Part shown: positions 9,767-19,725 of the stretch, piece after piece
Layout of the letters: every line of letters starts with the position of its first letter
Position numbering within the stretch: position 1 is the first letter of the stretch
IMG/VR virus record: IMGVR_UViG_3300032288_005197
Coordinates: 21,561-85,560 of that record
DNA: 64,000 nucleotides
Origin: a virus
Reading direction: 5' to 3' (one strand)
Notes under the pieces: model-generated
Database searches by the model: none
The model's input: the letters and a program-made list of their open reading frames with translations, nothing else
What the model was told of the DNA's origin: nothing
Translations under genes and position numbers: made by a program

Positions 9767-11635
9767 TTAATCTTCAATTTGTATTATTGGTTCTGGGTAG
9801 GATTCATTAGGTTCATCAGCCGTCACATTAGAATGATTAATACTTTCAGTTATTGATTCCATTAAATCCTTATTTAGATTATAAAATTCTGAATGGACTG
9901 ATGACGGGGTGTATTCCTTGTAGGTACCGTAATTCTTTTCTTTTATTGAGTTTAAGATTGTTTCCGATACTAAATCGTTTGGAATTTCAATTAGCTTAGT
10001 ATCTCTCTTAATGTTCAAGTTTCGTGATCTCTTTTTTGCTAATTCTAATTGTAGAGCAAGGTCCTTTATTCTGCTAGGTTCTGCTGCTATTGATAGCGGT
10101 TCGTACTGGGGTTTAATTGACTTAAGAATGCTTTCGATATTTCCATCGCTAATTACTACATGTCCTGTAATATTTTGAGTATCACTTGCTGCTAATTTAT
10201 TAAGAGCATTAGCTAATGTTTCCTTTTTAAACGGAAACCTTTTAGTTTGCTTTCCTGGATGAATACACACAAGCAAAGTGGGTACTCCAGTTTTTTCATT
10301 TAAGGTCTTTGCGGTTTTGATATGGCCTTTATGAATTGGTTGAAATTCAGATACCAATAAATTTACTTTTTTAACTTTGCGTTGCTCGTCTTGCTGTAAA
10401 TCATAGGTTTCAAAATAACCTGGGGATTTTTCATCTCCAACAAACTCATTAAACGAAGGAAAATAATTCTCGTATAGTTTTTCGCCCATTGCAACCTGAT
10501 TTAATTTTTCAATTTGAGAAATCAGGTTAGCTTTCATTGAGTCAGTGAACAGTGGAGAATTTATTTTAATTTTCTTTTTACGAAAGGTATTAATAAAAAC
10601 TCTGTATATTTCTTTGTAGTTCGGATTCTCTTGAATTATGGGTATAAGAATAGGATCGTTTATTAGATCAGTATTAATGTCAAATTCTTCACGTTTCAAG
10701 AATTCTGGCACCTGGATGTCAAGATCACTATACTTGTCTCCGTATTCATGGATGAACTCTACGAATAGATGATTAAGTAAAGATACAAATCTCTCTTCGA
10801 CGGTTTCTCCAGAAATGGTGAATGATCTTAGGTCAGAAAGTCGATAGCTCTCAATGAAATTCATCAAGTCGCTCACAATTATCCAAATGTAATCGTCGCT
10901 TTTTTTACCAACTTGAGGTTTAGGCAAGTTCTTTGAATTATCGTAAAATACCGGATCAACCAATTTTGCCAATACTGCAGAATCGTCAATTGAAGGTCCG
11001 TCGTCGTAGAATCTAAACACAACTTCGTCAATTGAACGCTCGTCAACCGGATTTTGAGAATTTTCATCAATGGTTGGGCTGAGTATTGATATGAGATGCT
11101 TAGTAAATGATTCAGTCTTGAACTTCTCTGATAACTTTTCCAAAGGGGTAAAAATGAATTCTTGGATCTTTACTTGTTGATCTTCAGAAAGCTTTCCTTG
11201 AAAAAGAATTGCTGGTTGATTAACGTTGAACGCTCCTGCCCATTTATTAAGTTCTTCTCTGTCGTGAATTACGCTAGAGGTTTGATAATTCTCATCTAAC
11301 ACCTTTATGTGACTTATCGTTAGCGGGGTCGCTCTGCCTGGAGCATAGTCAAATCCAAACACGTAGTTTTCAGGTAATGATTTTATTGCATCAATCCCAA
11401 GGCTCTCAAAATGTTTAACGCCTGGTTCATAGTACTTACTAAGAACTCGGTCGATGTAACTAATTTTGCTGTCCTTTTTAAAGAAGTTAAATTTATCTGT
11501 GCTCGCATCTCTTTTGACGCCAAAATACGCGCCTTCTATTTTTTCGTTAATGATGACGGTTTTATTAAGAAGATTCTCCAAGAACTCCTTGCCACGTTTT
11601 TCATAAACGTCTCGTAAATGTGATAGTCCTGCCAT
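9767..11635 (-). CDS. Late protein with ligase-like N-terminal domain and HIGH-motif nucleotidyltransferase C-terminal domain
   Basis: INEKIEG (ligase motif I-like), ILFQGKL, EVVFRF, LAKLVDP; C-terminal FQPIHKGH. Confidence 0.55.
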   Translation of the reverse strand: MAGLSHLRDVYEKRGKEFLENLLNKTVIINEKIEGAYFGVKRDASTDKFNFFKKDSKISYIDRVLSKYYEPGVKHFESLGIDAIKSLPENYVFGFDYAPGRATPLTISHIKVLDENYQTSSVIHDREELNKWAGAFNVNQPAILFQGKLSEDQQVKIQEFIFTPLEKLSEKFKTESFTKHLISILSPTIDENSQNPVDERSIDEVVFRFYDDGPSIDDSAVLAKLVDPVFYDNSKNLPKPQVGKKSDDYIWIIVSDLMNFIESYRLSDLRSFTISGETVEERFVSLLNHLFVEFIHEYGDKYSDLDIQVPEFLKREEFDINTDLINDPILIPIIQENPNYKEIYRVFINTFRKKKIKINSPLFTDSMKANLISQIEKLNQVAMGEKLYENYFPSFNEFVGDEKSPGYFETYDLQQDEQRKVKKVNLLVSEFQPIHKGHIKTAKTLNEKTGVPTLLVCIHPGKQTKRFPFKKETLANALNKLAASDTQNITGHVVISDGNIESILKSIKPQYEPLSIAAEPSRIKDLALQLELAKKRSRNLNIKRDTKLIEIPNDLVSETILNSIKEKNYGTYKEYTPSSVHSEFYNLNKDLMESITESINHSNVTADEPNESYPEPIIQIED

Positions 11636-11640
11636 ATTGG

Positions 11641-12249
11641 TTATTTATTAGGCTCAATGCCCAATAGCCTGCAGCATTCGTTATTAAATGAAACGACTGA
11701 GGCTTGATCAAATTGATTGAAAACAAAGCTCAGGCCATTATTTTTATCTGAGTCTGCTAGATTTTTTAATCCGGACTCAATCAATGTTGCCATTAACTGC
11801 TGTTCTTCAATTGTTGAATGCTTGCCATCCCAAGTATCTTTGACTCTGTGAGAATCACCGGTTTGACCAGCAACTGAAACAACAAGAGTCTTTGAATTCT
11901 TATAGAGATCAGAGCTTATGAGTTTAAGAAACTCTAGCTCAGCTTGACTTCGGCCCAATCGCTTTCTTAGTATTGCCCAAGTATACGCAGATATGATAGC
12001 CCTATCGAATATCCAAATCTTGTCCTTGTATTCGGGCCTCAAGTTCATTTCCATGATGGTCATGATATTTCCTAGGCTAAAGTAGTGCAGTGCTGGAGTT
12101 TCATCAAGATCGACGAGATCGAGAGCCTTTACGTGATTTGCAAAATAAAACTTGTAATACTCGATTCTTGGATCCTTGTGATTCTCAAGGAATTGATTAA
12201 TTAAAAACGTTTTGCCAGAGTGTCTGGCTCCTTCTACGAATAGTATCAT
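11641..12249 (-). CDS. P-loop nucleotide monophosphate kinase-like protein
   Basis: MILFVEGARHSGKT and IFDR motifs; start moved to ATG 12249, which overlaps the upstream stop. Confidence 0.7.
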   Translation of the reverse strand: MILFVEGARHSGKTFLINQFLENHKDPRIEYYKFYFANHVKALDLVDLDETPALHYFSLGNIMTIMEMNLRPEYKDKIWIFDRAIISAYTWAILRKRLGRSQAELEFLKLISSDLYKNSKTLVVSVAGQTGDSHRVKDTWDGKHSTIEEQQLMATLIESGLKNLADSDKNNGLSFVFNQFDQASVVSFNNECCRLLGIEPNK

Positions 12250-12776
12250 AATAATTTTAATCTTTCTGCTTCTGAAAATTCTTCCAGGGATCTTGCCGAA
12301 TCCCAATCTATTTTAATGACTCTGCTTTTGTCGACAAAAACGAAATCGACTTTACAATTAAGCCCAATATCTAAAAAGTAGGAGGTGTACTTGATGATTT
12401 CCCAAAGAGAATCCTCAAATACGGTAATTGAATCAGCGCCAGTAGTTCTTATTAGCTCAATAACGGTCTCAGCTTTATCGCTTTCTCTTCCCAAGAAATA
12501 AGTTTTGTCGAACCTAATATTATACTCAGAAAGTAGATCTAGAACCGCAGATTCGCAGGCTTTAACTCGATGAGTTATCAAGTAGTTAAGACAATCGTCT
12601 CCAGTTCTTTCAATTGTGTTTGCAATTCCCCTAATGTTGAATTTCTTTGACAAAGATTCTGGCGAATCGAACCATTGATAAGGTTCCATACCCGTTGCTT
12701 CGCTACAAGTGTATCCTGGCACCCTAAATAATGTCTCGTCAAAATCAAATATGTTAATATGTGGTCCGTTTTCCAT
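12246..12776 (-). CDS. HAD-family phosphatase (Swiss-army-knife RNA repair-like)
   Basis: IFDFDETLF motif I, LITHR, K, VFEDS. Confidence 0.7.
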   Translation of the reverse strand: MENGPHINIFDFDETLFRVPGYTCSEATGMEPYQWFDSPESLSKKFNIRGIANTIERTGDDCLNYLITHRVKACESAVLDLLSEYNIRFDKTYFLGRESDKAETVIELIRTTGADSITVFEDSLWEIIKYTSYFLDIGLNCKVDFVFVDKSRVIKIDWDSARSLEEFSEAERLKLL

Positions 12777-12827
12777 ACGATATTTTACTGATAAATAACC
12801 TAGTAGTTTTATCTAATATACCAAATA

Positions 12828-13295
12828 ATGAACAGAGTACTAAGACACACACGCGAACACATGGGCAACCGCTATCACCTGGTTAGGGAATGCGTGCAGG
12901 CTCAAAAACCTTTCGCGATCTATAATTTCACGAATTCTAAGCAATACAACCAATTTCTTTACGATTTGGACAACTACGGTAAGCTTAATTACGTTTTGCA
13001 GACCATTACATCAGTTGACATGTCCAATCGAGCTAGAAGAGTTTTTCCAAGCATTTTTGTAACAAATGAGGGAACTGAAGTTAACCTAGATCAATTCAAA
13101 GAAATGGTCAAGGGCTCAATCAAGCACTACAACTTAGACTCTATCGTATGCCTATATGACGGAGCTGTATCAGTTTTCTACAAGAACGGAGAACACCATG
13201 AAATCGGAAGTTCTCTGTACGCAAGTAGTAGCATTCAGGAATTCAATAGCGATTTCTATCAAATTGAGGGCATCTATTATTGTTTTATCAGATAA
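12828..13295 (+). CDS. Hypothetical protein
   Basis: 155 aa ORF after ATAAATAA at 12791-12798. Confidence 0.7.
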   Translation: MNRVLRHTREHMGNRYHLVRECVQAQKPFAIYNFTNSKQYNQFLYDLDNYGKLNYVLQTITSVDMSNRARRVFPSIFVTNEGTEVNLDQFKEMVKGSIKHYNLDSIVCLYDGAVSVFYKNGEHHEIGSSLYASSSIQEFNSDFYQIEGIYYCFIR

Positions 13296-13327
13296 AACTT
13301 CGGTCAATATCTTGATAAAATATAAAG

Positions 13328-13768
13328 ATGGAAGAAACTACTCAAAAAAGAACGATTGCCGAAGTATTTAGAGATAAGCGAGAGCTCTTCTCCGGCGAAA
13401 TCTATACAGGAATCAAGTTACTTGAAAACGTACGTAAGATTCCAGAAGCCCAGGTCACTTTCCTGAGCTTGAGACAGAGAATGTTGGAAGAAAACCACAC
13501 TCTAATCGAACACTTTACTCAATTGAAAAAGACCTATCGTGAGAAAAAGGGAGAAGAGTGGATTGATGCTTCAAAAAGTCATCAAGTTCGATACAATTCC
13601 AATGAAAAGAATACAATAGTCGACGGTAAAACTGCCTCAATCAAGGAAAAACTTGAACAGGTTGAAAATCAAATAGGGTTCTATGCAGAATCAATCAAAA
13701 CAATAGACGCAGTACTGTTTGGGATTAAAACTCGTCTAGACGTTCAAAAGCTCCTTGACGGACATTAA
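13328..13768 (+). CDS. uvsY: UvsY-like recombination mediator
   Basis: Helical 146 aa protein directly upstream of uvsW; C-terminal IKTID...FGIKTR resembles UvsY. Confidence 0.55.
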   Translation: MEETTQKRTIAEVFRDKRELFSGEIYTGIKLLENVRKIPEAQVTFLSLRQRMLEENHTLIEHFTQLKKTYREKKGEEWIDASKSHQVRYNSNEKNTIVDGKTASIKEKLEQVENQIGFYAESIKTIDAVLFGIKTRLDVQKLLDGH

Positions 13769-13784
13769 AATTACTGATACTTGA

Positions 13785-15317
13785 TTGTTAACATTTAAAG
13801 TCACAGAGGACAGACGTCATCTACAATTAGTCTCTCACGACCTAAAGGGCGAGCTCAAGGACCTGCAGCTTTATTTTAGAAAGAGGCAAAAGGGCTATCA
13901 TTTCAATAAGCTTTATAAAAGAAAACTTTGGGACGGCTTTGACAAATTCATTGATCCTGAACTAAAAATAGGGGTCGGTTTGTGGAAAGAGGTCATTAAT
14001 TTCGGCAAGAAATACGATTATGAGATCAATATTGAGGGCCTTGAGGATCTACTTAACCTAAAATTCACCAAGGAGCAGCTTGACAAATTTGCTTCAGTTT
14101 TACTAGATGGAACTGGAATTGACATGCGCGACTATCAGTTAGAAGCAGCCCATCGTGCTCTAAAATACAAGTTCTGTTCTCAAGAACTTGCAACATCCGC
14201 CGGTAAAACCTTGATTCTCTATATTTACCTCTCGTTTTTGAAACGTAAGGGCATCATTACTACTGACAAGAAAGCCTTGATTGTTGTTCCAAACATTTCG
14301 TTAGTCGGTCAGACCGCTGAGAAATTCGAAAAGGATTATGCGACAGGTTTAATCAACTACAATGTGCTCTCTATTGGAGGAACGAATAAGTATTCTGACA
14401 AGAAATTCGATGAGGCCGACTTAATCATATCGACTTATCAGAGTTTAAAGAACAAGGATGCTGAATTCTTCAAGAAGTTTTCAGTTTTGTGTATTGATGA
14501 ATGTCACACGAGCCGAGGCGACTCAATCAAGAACATTTTACTTTCATCAACTAACGTAGAATATAAATTGGGCTTATCTGGTACAATCAAAATCGAGGAG
14601 CAATACTCGGATTTCTTCAAGATTCAAGAATACTTGGGGCCGCTAAGCATGACCCTAAAGTCAAGCTTCTTAATCGATCAGCAACACTCTCCTAACGTCT
14701 ATATTAAAATGATTAACCTACAGTATCCAGATAGCGAACCTTTCGTTAATCAATACAAAGCTTTGCGAGAATCAGGTCAAGCAGGTAAACAGTTATTTGA
14801 TGCTGAGCGAGCTTTCATTGTGAGTTATGAACCTAGAGTTCAATTCATCTCTCAATTCGTTAGGAAACTTGGAGGAAATACGCTAATCCTATTCATTAAT
14901 GTTAAGGATCAATACGGCCAGCGTATTTGCGATAAGATTAGGGAATGGAATGACCATGCGTATTACATCGACGGTGGAGTGGATGGAGACGACCGTGCTG
15001 ACTACAAGGAGGCAATGGAACGTGAGGAAGGAGCCGTCATTGTGGCAAGTTACGGAACGTTCTCAACTGGAATCGACCTCAAGAAGGTCAATAATATAAT
15101 ATTCGCTGAAAGTTATAAATCTGAAATCACGATCCGTCAATCGATAGGTCGTGGAATGCGTAAGCTTGCTGGAAAGCATGAAGTCACGGTGTACGATCTA
15201 ATTGACGATCTTGACGGATACATCGTGAAACACGGAAAAGTCCGCGAAGCAATTTATCTTAAGGAAAAATTCATTGTGTCAAAACACAGTTACGATCTAA
15301 GTAAGCTTAAGGGTTAA
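13785..15317 (+). CDS. uvsW: UvsW-like SF2 DNA helicase
   Basis: RDYQ, ATSAGKT, DECH, GLSGT, ASYGTFSTGI, QSIGRGMR. Confidence 0.9.
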   Translation: MLTFKVTEDRRHLQLVSHDLKGELKDLQLYFRKRQKGYHFNKLYKRKLWDGFDKFIDPELKIGVGLWKEVINFGKKYDYEINIEGLEDLLNLKFTKEQLDKFASVLLDGTGIDMRDYQLEAAHRALKYKFCSQELATSAGKTLILYIYLSFLKRKGIITTDKKALIVVPNISLVGQTAEKFEKDYATGLINYNVLSIGGTNKYSDKKFDEADLIISTYQSLKNKDAEFFKKFSVLCIDECHTSRGDSIKNILLSSTNVEYKLGLSGTIKIEEQYSDFFKIQEYLGPLSMTLKSSFLIDQQHSPNVYIKMINLQYPDSEPFVNQYKALRESGQAGKQLFDAERAFIVSYEPRVQFISQFVRKLGGNTLILFINVKDQYGQRICDKIREWNDHAYYIDGGVDGDDRADYKEAMEREEGAVIVASYGTFSTGIDLKKVNNIIFAESYKSEITIRQSIGRGMRKLAGKHEVTVYDLIDDLDGYIVKHGKVREAIYLKEKFIVSKHSYDLSKLKG

Positions 15318-16035
15318 CTAGCTTTATCGTAAAGTCACGAGCATCTCCGAATTCAGAAGAAGACCAGGTGCTAACGTAAACGTCCAACTTTCCTACCTTG
15401 ATGGGGTTTTGTTCAAAACCTTCTCCCCAACCGTCAGAGTATTGACCGGATAACCATTCTTTCATTTCTTCAACTGACAAATCCGATGTTGCGTTAACCT
15501 CAACTCTAAACATTCCGTCATCGGTTACCTCAACCGCTTTGATTGACTCAACTCCTGGAATTTCACAAAACTGAACAAGATCAGTCTCATTGAAATCTTC
15601 AATCATTTCATCAGCTATATCAGCTGGATCAATACTGGTGTATTGAAGAGGTTGCGGACGATTGCTAGATTGACGACTCATGCTCTGAATTTCGCTCCAA
15701 ACATCATCAAAGAATTCATCATCAGTTATTTCTTCATCTTGAAATTGTTTGTATTGCCATTCGAACTCTGCTTCATACCCAATTTCTCCCATTGCTTGCA
15801 TGAATTGGTTCGGATCTCCCCATTGCATTGCATTTTCAGCGTATGCCTCAATGTCTTCTCTAATATAGATTGGCGATTCAAATATGAACGCGTGAGTTGT
15901 TGGAAAACCCATTGTCCCAAGTTCACGAGTTGAAGTATCATCCATCGTGGGAGTGTCAGTTTCAGAATTACGATCAAAATCGAATTCTAACTGTTTTTCA
16001 GTTGTGAACTGTTCGAATAGTTTAATGTGTTTCAT
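15307..16035 (-). CDS. Hypothetical acidic protein with capsid-targeting motif
   Basis: MKHIKLFEQFTTE start; ELGTMGF; GQYSDGWGEGFEQ. Confidence 0.7.
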   Translation of the reverse strand: MKHIKLFEQFTTEKQLEFDFDRNSETDTPTMDDTSTRELGTMGFPTTHAFIFESPIYIREDIEAYAENAMQWGDPNQFMQAMGEIGYEAEFEWQYKQFQDEEITDDEFFDDVWSEIQSMSRQSSNRPQPLQYTSIDPADIADEMIEDFNETDLVQFCEIPGVESIKAVEVTDDGMFRVEVNATSDLSVEEMKEWLSGQYSDGWGEGFEQNPIKVGKLDVYVSTWSSSEFGDARDFTIKLVNP

Positions 16036-16051
16036 TTATCTTTGCTTTATT

Positions 16052-16813
16052 TTATGAGTAAATATCGGTAATCCAATCATAGAAAAGATCTTCAGCCTTT
16101 TCTCTAAATCTTTCAATTTCTTCTGTTATGACTGCCAGGTCTTCCTTGATTTCAGTAAGTTCAGCGAGTTCCTTATTGACCCAGTTTAGCAAGTCTTGCC
16201 TAGATTTCATTGCCTCTTGACCATTCTCAAGCTCATCAGCGCTAATCAAGCCCATATCGGCAAGCTCCTTAATGTCTGGATTGCTCACCAAATTCTTAAT
16301 TAGTTCAAGATCAGAATCGCCGTTGATGTAGTTCAAATAGTCTTCTATTTGATAACTTGCATCGTCTTCAATATTATCATGAGTCGCTTCAGGGTAAATT
16401 AACAACCAACCTCCGCTCTTACCGCCTGCTCCAACATCTTTTATCCATGAAAATGATTGTTTGTAGTCTTCAGCGTGCACTTCGTAAGTTCCTTCCATGT
16501 ATCTAGCCCAGTCTTCATACATCATTTCATCATTAACATCCTCCAAGTCGTCTTCTCCTCTTGCTCGTGCCCATTTCGCTAAGTCTGGGTATTCATGAAT
16601 TTTCATGTTCAACGCGTAGTGAGCTCTACCGCCCTCTCTTTCATACCAGTACTTGTTCTCCAGATCATTCAGCGCATTAGATAGTTCTTCTAATTTACCA
16701 ATGACTTCAGTATCTTGCAGTTGATCTAACTTATTTAAGTAATACGAGCCAACATCTCGATTCGCTCTTTCCAATATGAATTGTGAAAACGTAAATATTC
16801 TATTACCTAGCAT
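16052..16813 (-). CDS. Hypothetical acidic protein with capsid-targeting motif
   Basis: IFTFSQFILE; ELADMGL. Confidence 0.7.
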   Translation of the reverse strand: MLGNRIFTFSQFILERANRDVGSYYLNKLDQLQDTEVIGKLEELSNALNDLENKYWYEREGGRAHYALNMKIHEYPDLAKWARARGEDDLEDVNDEMMYEDWARYMEGTYEVHAEDYKQSFSWIKDVGAGGKSGGWLLIYPEATHDNIEDDASYQIEDYLNYINGDSDLELIKNLVSNPDIKELADMGLISADELENGQEAMKSRQDLLNWVNKELAELTEIKEDLAVITEEIERFREKAEDLFYDWITDIYS

Positions 16814-17204
16814 TCCTCGCTTTACTTATTTCAATCGCCTGTAATTGCTTTACTGCTTTTTTACGGCTTGAGTGAGTTCCCAATACCTTGGTCCCCTTTT
16901 TGTTCTTTACTTCCCATTTATCTCCGTGCTTAACGATTTTTTCGTTCATCTCGCTAAACTCTGAAAAACTATGAACCTTATTTTCCTGAATCGCTAATTC
17001 CAGCTGTTTGACCTGTGCAACCGCGACTGGTTCTGATTCGGTACCGCAATTGCCAAAGGCAGCTGCGCAGGTTTCAACTTTTTTGACTATCTCGGCTACC
17101 TTATCTTTAATAACCTCAAGCTTTTGAACTTGAACTGTCGTTAATTCAGTCGTATTTTCTTCGATCATGTACAGATACTCAAGAAACTGGTCAATTTTTT
17201 CCAT
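16803..17204 (-). CDS. Hypothetical virion protein
   Basis: HSFSEFSEMNE followed by a basic IVKHGDKWEV...LGTHSSRKKAVKQLQAIE module. Confidence 0.65.
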   Translation of the reverse strand: MEKIDQFLEYLYMIEENTTELTTVQVQKLEVIKDKVAEIVKKVETCAAAFGNCGTESEPVAVAQVKQLELAIQENKVHSFSEFSEMNEKIVKHGDKWEVKNKKGTKVLGTHSSRKKAVKQLQAIEISKARNAR

Positions 17205-17762
17205 TTACAGTGATATTTTTGAGGCAATTACGATGCCGAGTATTAATTTAGCGTAAACTAATTTAAAGTGAAAGTAGGTGAATATGATGTTTAAATTCTC
17301 CTTTGAGACAGAGATCACGCCTTTTTTCGTGTACATCTTGTTCACCGAGTTTATTACCGAAACTGCTTCAGCTAAAGGTTTTCCTCCAAGTAGAGACTGT
17401 ATGACTTCGTTAAAGGTTTCCTTGCTTAGTGATGCAGATCGGTCTTTGATTTGATGGAGCCATGCTTCTGCCTCCATTGCAATATCTCTCTTAAGGAAAA
17501 TGTCCCTAGTCTTAAGGCCCTTGTCTAATCTCTTTGCAATTTTGTCTAGGCTTCGAATCGAGTCAGCAACATTACCTATCCATTCAAGCTCGTCAGAGTA
17601 CATCGATATCACCATAGTTGATGGTGATCCGATATGGGTAAAATTTATTAAATTAGGGTTCGACTTTTTAAAAGTTGAAAAGTCTTCGTCAAACATCATG
17701 GCCATGACCGGCGGCGATGCTACTTCCATTGCAAATTCATCCCCAAAAGGAAAATTCTTCAT
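17205..17762 (-). CDS. Hypothetical protein
   Basis: Long ORF; start is likely ATG 17762 or GTG 17813, downstream of the late motif at 17833-17840. Confidence 0.6.
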   Translation of the reverse strand: MKNFPFGDEFAMEVASPPVMAMMFDEDFSTFKKSNPNLINFTHIGSPSTMVISMYSDELEWIGNVADSIRSLDKIAKRLDKGLKTRDIFLKRDIAMEAEAWLHQIKDRSASLSKETFNEVIQSLLGGKPLAEAVSVINSVNKMYTKKGVISVSKENLNIIFTYFHFKLVYAKLILGIVIASKISL

Positions 17763-17884
17763 AAATGGAAACGCCCTGTTAATCTTGGTTCTCTCAGTAG
17801 TGACTTCTCTCACCTGGCAACAAGCTTTTTGGTTATTTATTTGGTAAATTAAACCAAATTGTGTATTTAAAGTACAACAAGTAT

Positions 17885-19510
17885 ATGTCAAAACAACTCG
17901 AACAACAAATCAAATCTCTAGATCTAAAGCAGAATGCAATAAAGATCTTGATTAATTCATTTTACGGCGCCTTCGGCAATAGATACTTCTATTTTCACAA
18001 TAATGATATTGCCCAGTCAATCACTTTGCAGGGACAAGACCTGATCAAGTTCTCGATCAAAGCGGTCAACCACTATTTCACTCACAAGTGGCATTTGGAT
18101 ACTGAACTTCACGAAAAGCTTGGAATTTCTGGCATGAAGGTCAATCAAATTGAAAGAGAAGCAGCCGTTTACACTGATACTGATTCGGTTTATCTGTGTT
18201 TTGATTTTGCAGTTCAATCGGTTGAAGGCCTGAATTTATCCGACCGTGAAGCTCTTGAATTTTGCTTGGGAATCAATCGCCATCGATTGAAACACTATTT
18301 TGAACAGGCTTTTGAAAAGTACGCATCTCATTTCAACACAGATAACCGTCAAAACTTTGAGCTTGAAAATCTTTCGCGTGCAGGCATTTGGCTCGCAAAG
18401 AAAAAATACGTGCTAAAAGTTTCTTATAAGGACAATAAACATGAGCGTCTTCTAGACAAAGAATCTCTAATCATCAAGGGGCTTGAAGCAATTCAAGCAT
18501 CATATCCAATTTGGGCACGTAAACATTTACAAGATCTTTACTGGGAACTCTTAGATTTGGGATATAGTTTAGATCTTGAAAGAGACCTAATCCCAAGGCT
18601 CATGTCTCTCAAAGAAGAGTGCAGTCAACTCACGATTGATGAGATAGCCTTCAACTTCTCAGTTAGAGTTTACGAAGATTACGTTAAGAAACTAAATCCT
18701 CTTGAACTCGAAACTGGCATGCCAATTTACGGAAGAGCAGCAGCTTACCATAACCACCTAATTAAAAAGACAAATAATCAAAAGTACAATCTAATTCGTA
18801 GCGGTTCAAAGATTAAGTTCTACTATGCTGCTGCTAATGAACATAATTTTGATATTTTCGCCTATGCGCCAGGAGCCTTTCCTGAAGAATTCGCAATGCC
18901 TATGGATAGAGATCAACAGTTCTTTAGATTAATCGTTGAACCTATTAATAAGCTATTAGTAGCAATGGGATATTCTGAGTTGACCCCAAGTCTTGCCCGA
19001 AAGGTTGACATAATCAAATCAAGAAGCCGCAGTAAGGAGTTCACTCCAGAAGAAACATTCCCATTGTACGCAGTCAGCTCAGTCACTCTAGAATACGCTG
19101 AGATTCCAGAAAGCTGTCAAGATTTCATCGGTAATCCTGATCTGCAGGTTCCTCCAGCAATTTTTCCAATCTATATTTCATCAATTTCAAAATTTGGATT
19201 GAATACCGTAATTGTTCCAAAACATGAACTTAAGAAGTATCGAGATCGAGTTGCAAAAAAATTAGGAATTGAAGTAGAAGATCCTTTTGCGATTTCAATT
19301 GAAACGATGCAAGACTACTTAAGACAAAACGGGTGGACTGAAATCATTGATAGCCCAAGCGGAGGTTCATGGTTGCAAACTGAAAAGTATGAAAAGGCGC
19401 TTAAGAGCGGAAAGGATGTTTACAAAATGGGGTATGATTTAGAAAAAGCCTACAAGAGTGCAATAAAGCCAAAACCTGTTAAAAAATCCGAAACGGTAGA
19501 ATCCGAATGA
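17885..19510 (+). CDS. Family B DNA polymerase, C-terminal subunit of a split enzyme
   Basis: KILINSFYGAFGN (region III), YTDTDSVY (region I), KKKY, KGLE; no exonuclease or region II motifs. Confidence 0.85.
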   Translation: MSKQLEQQIKSLDLKQNAIKILINSFYGAFGNRYFYFHNNDIAQSITLQGQDLIKFSIKAVNHYFTHKWHLDTELHEKLGISGMKVNQIEREAAVYTDTDSVYLCFDFAVQSVEGLNLSDREALEFCLGINRHRLKHYFEQAFEKYASHFNTDNRQNFELENLSRAGIWLAKKKYVLKVSYKDNKHERLLDKESLIIKGLEAIQASYPIWARKHLQDLYWELLDLGYSLDLERDLIPRLMSLKEECSQLTIDEIAFNFSVRVYEDYVKKLNPLELETGMPIYGRAAAYHNHLIKKTNNQKYNLIRSGSKIKFYYAAANEHNFDIFAYAPGAFPEEFAMPMDRDQQFFRLIVEPINKLLVAMGYSELTPSLARKVDIIKSRSRSKEFTPEETFPLYAVSSVTLEYAEIPESCQDFIGNPDLQVPPAIFPIYISSISKFGLNTVIVPKHELKKYRDRVAKKLGIEVEDPFAISIETMQDYLRQNGWTEIIDSPSGGSWLQTEKYEKALKSGKDVYKMGYDLEKAYKSAIKPKPVKKSETVESE

Positions 19511-19725
19511 TAGTTCAGTTAAATCCAACAATACCATTAACTACACCGAAGGGAGAGGGTTATGCTATTGCCGTGATAGACTATGGTGAAGATCATGACC
19601 TAAAGTGGGTGGTCATTCAGACCGAAACTGGCGAGATCTGGACTTGGAATAACGGTGATGTCCGTGGAGTCAAGAACATTACTAACGGGAGAGTTAACAT
19701 AAGTAAAATTAAGAATGAAGATTGA
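19507..19725 (+). CDS. Hypothetical phage protein
   Basis: 72 aa, coupled to both neighbours. Confidence 0.65.
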   Translation: MIVQLNPTIPLTTPKGEGYAIAVIDYGEDHDLKWVVIQTETGEIWTWNNGDVRGVKNITNGRVNISKIKNED

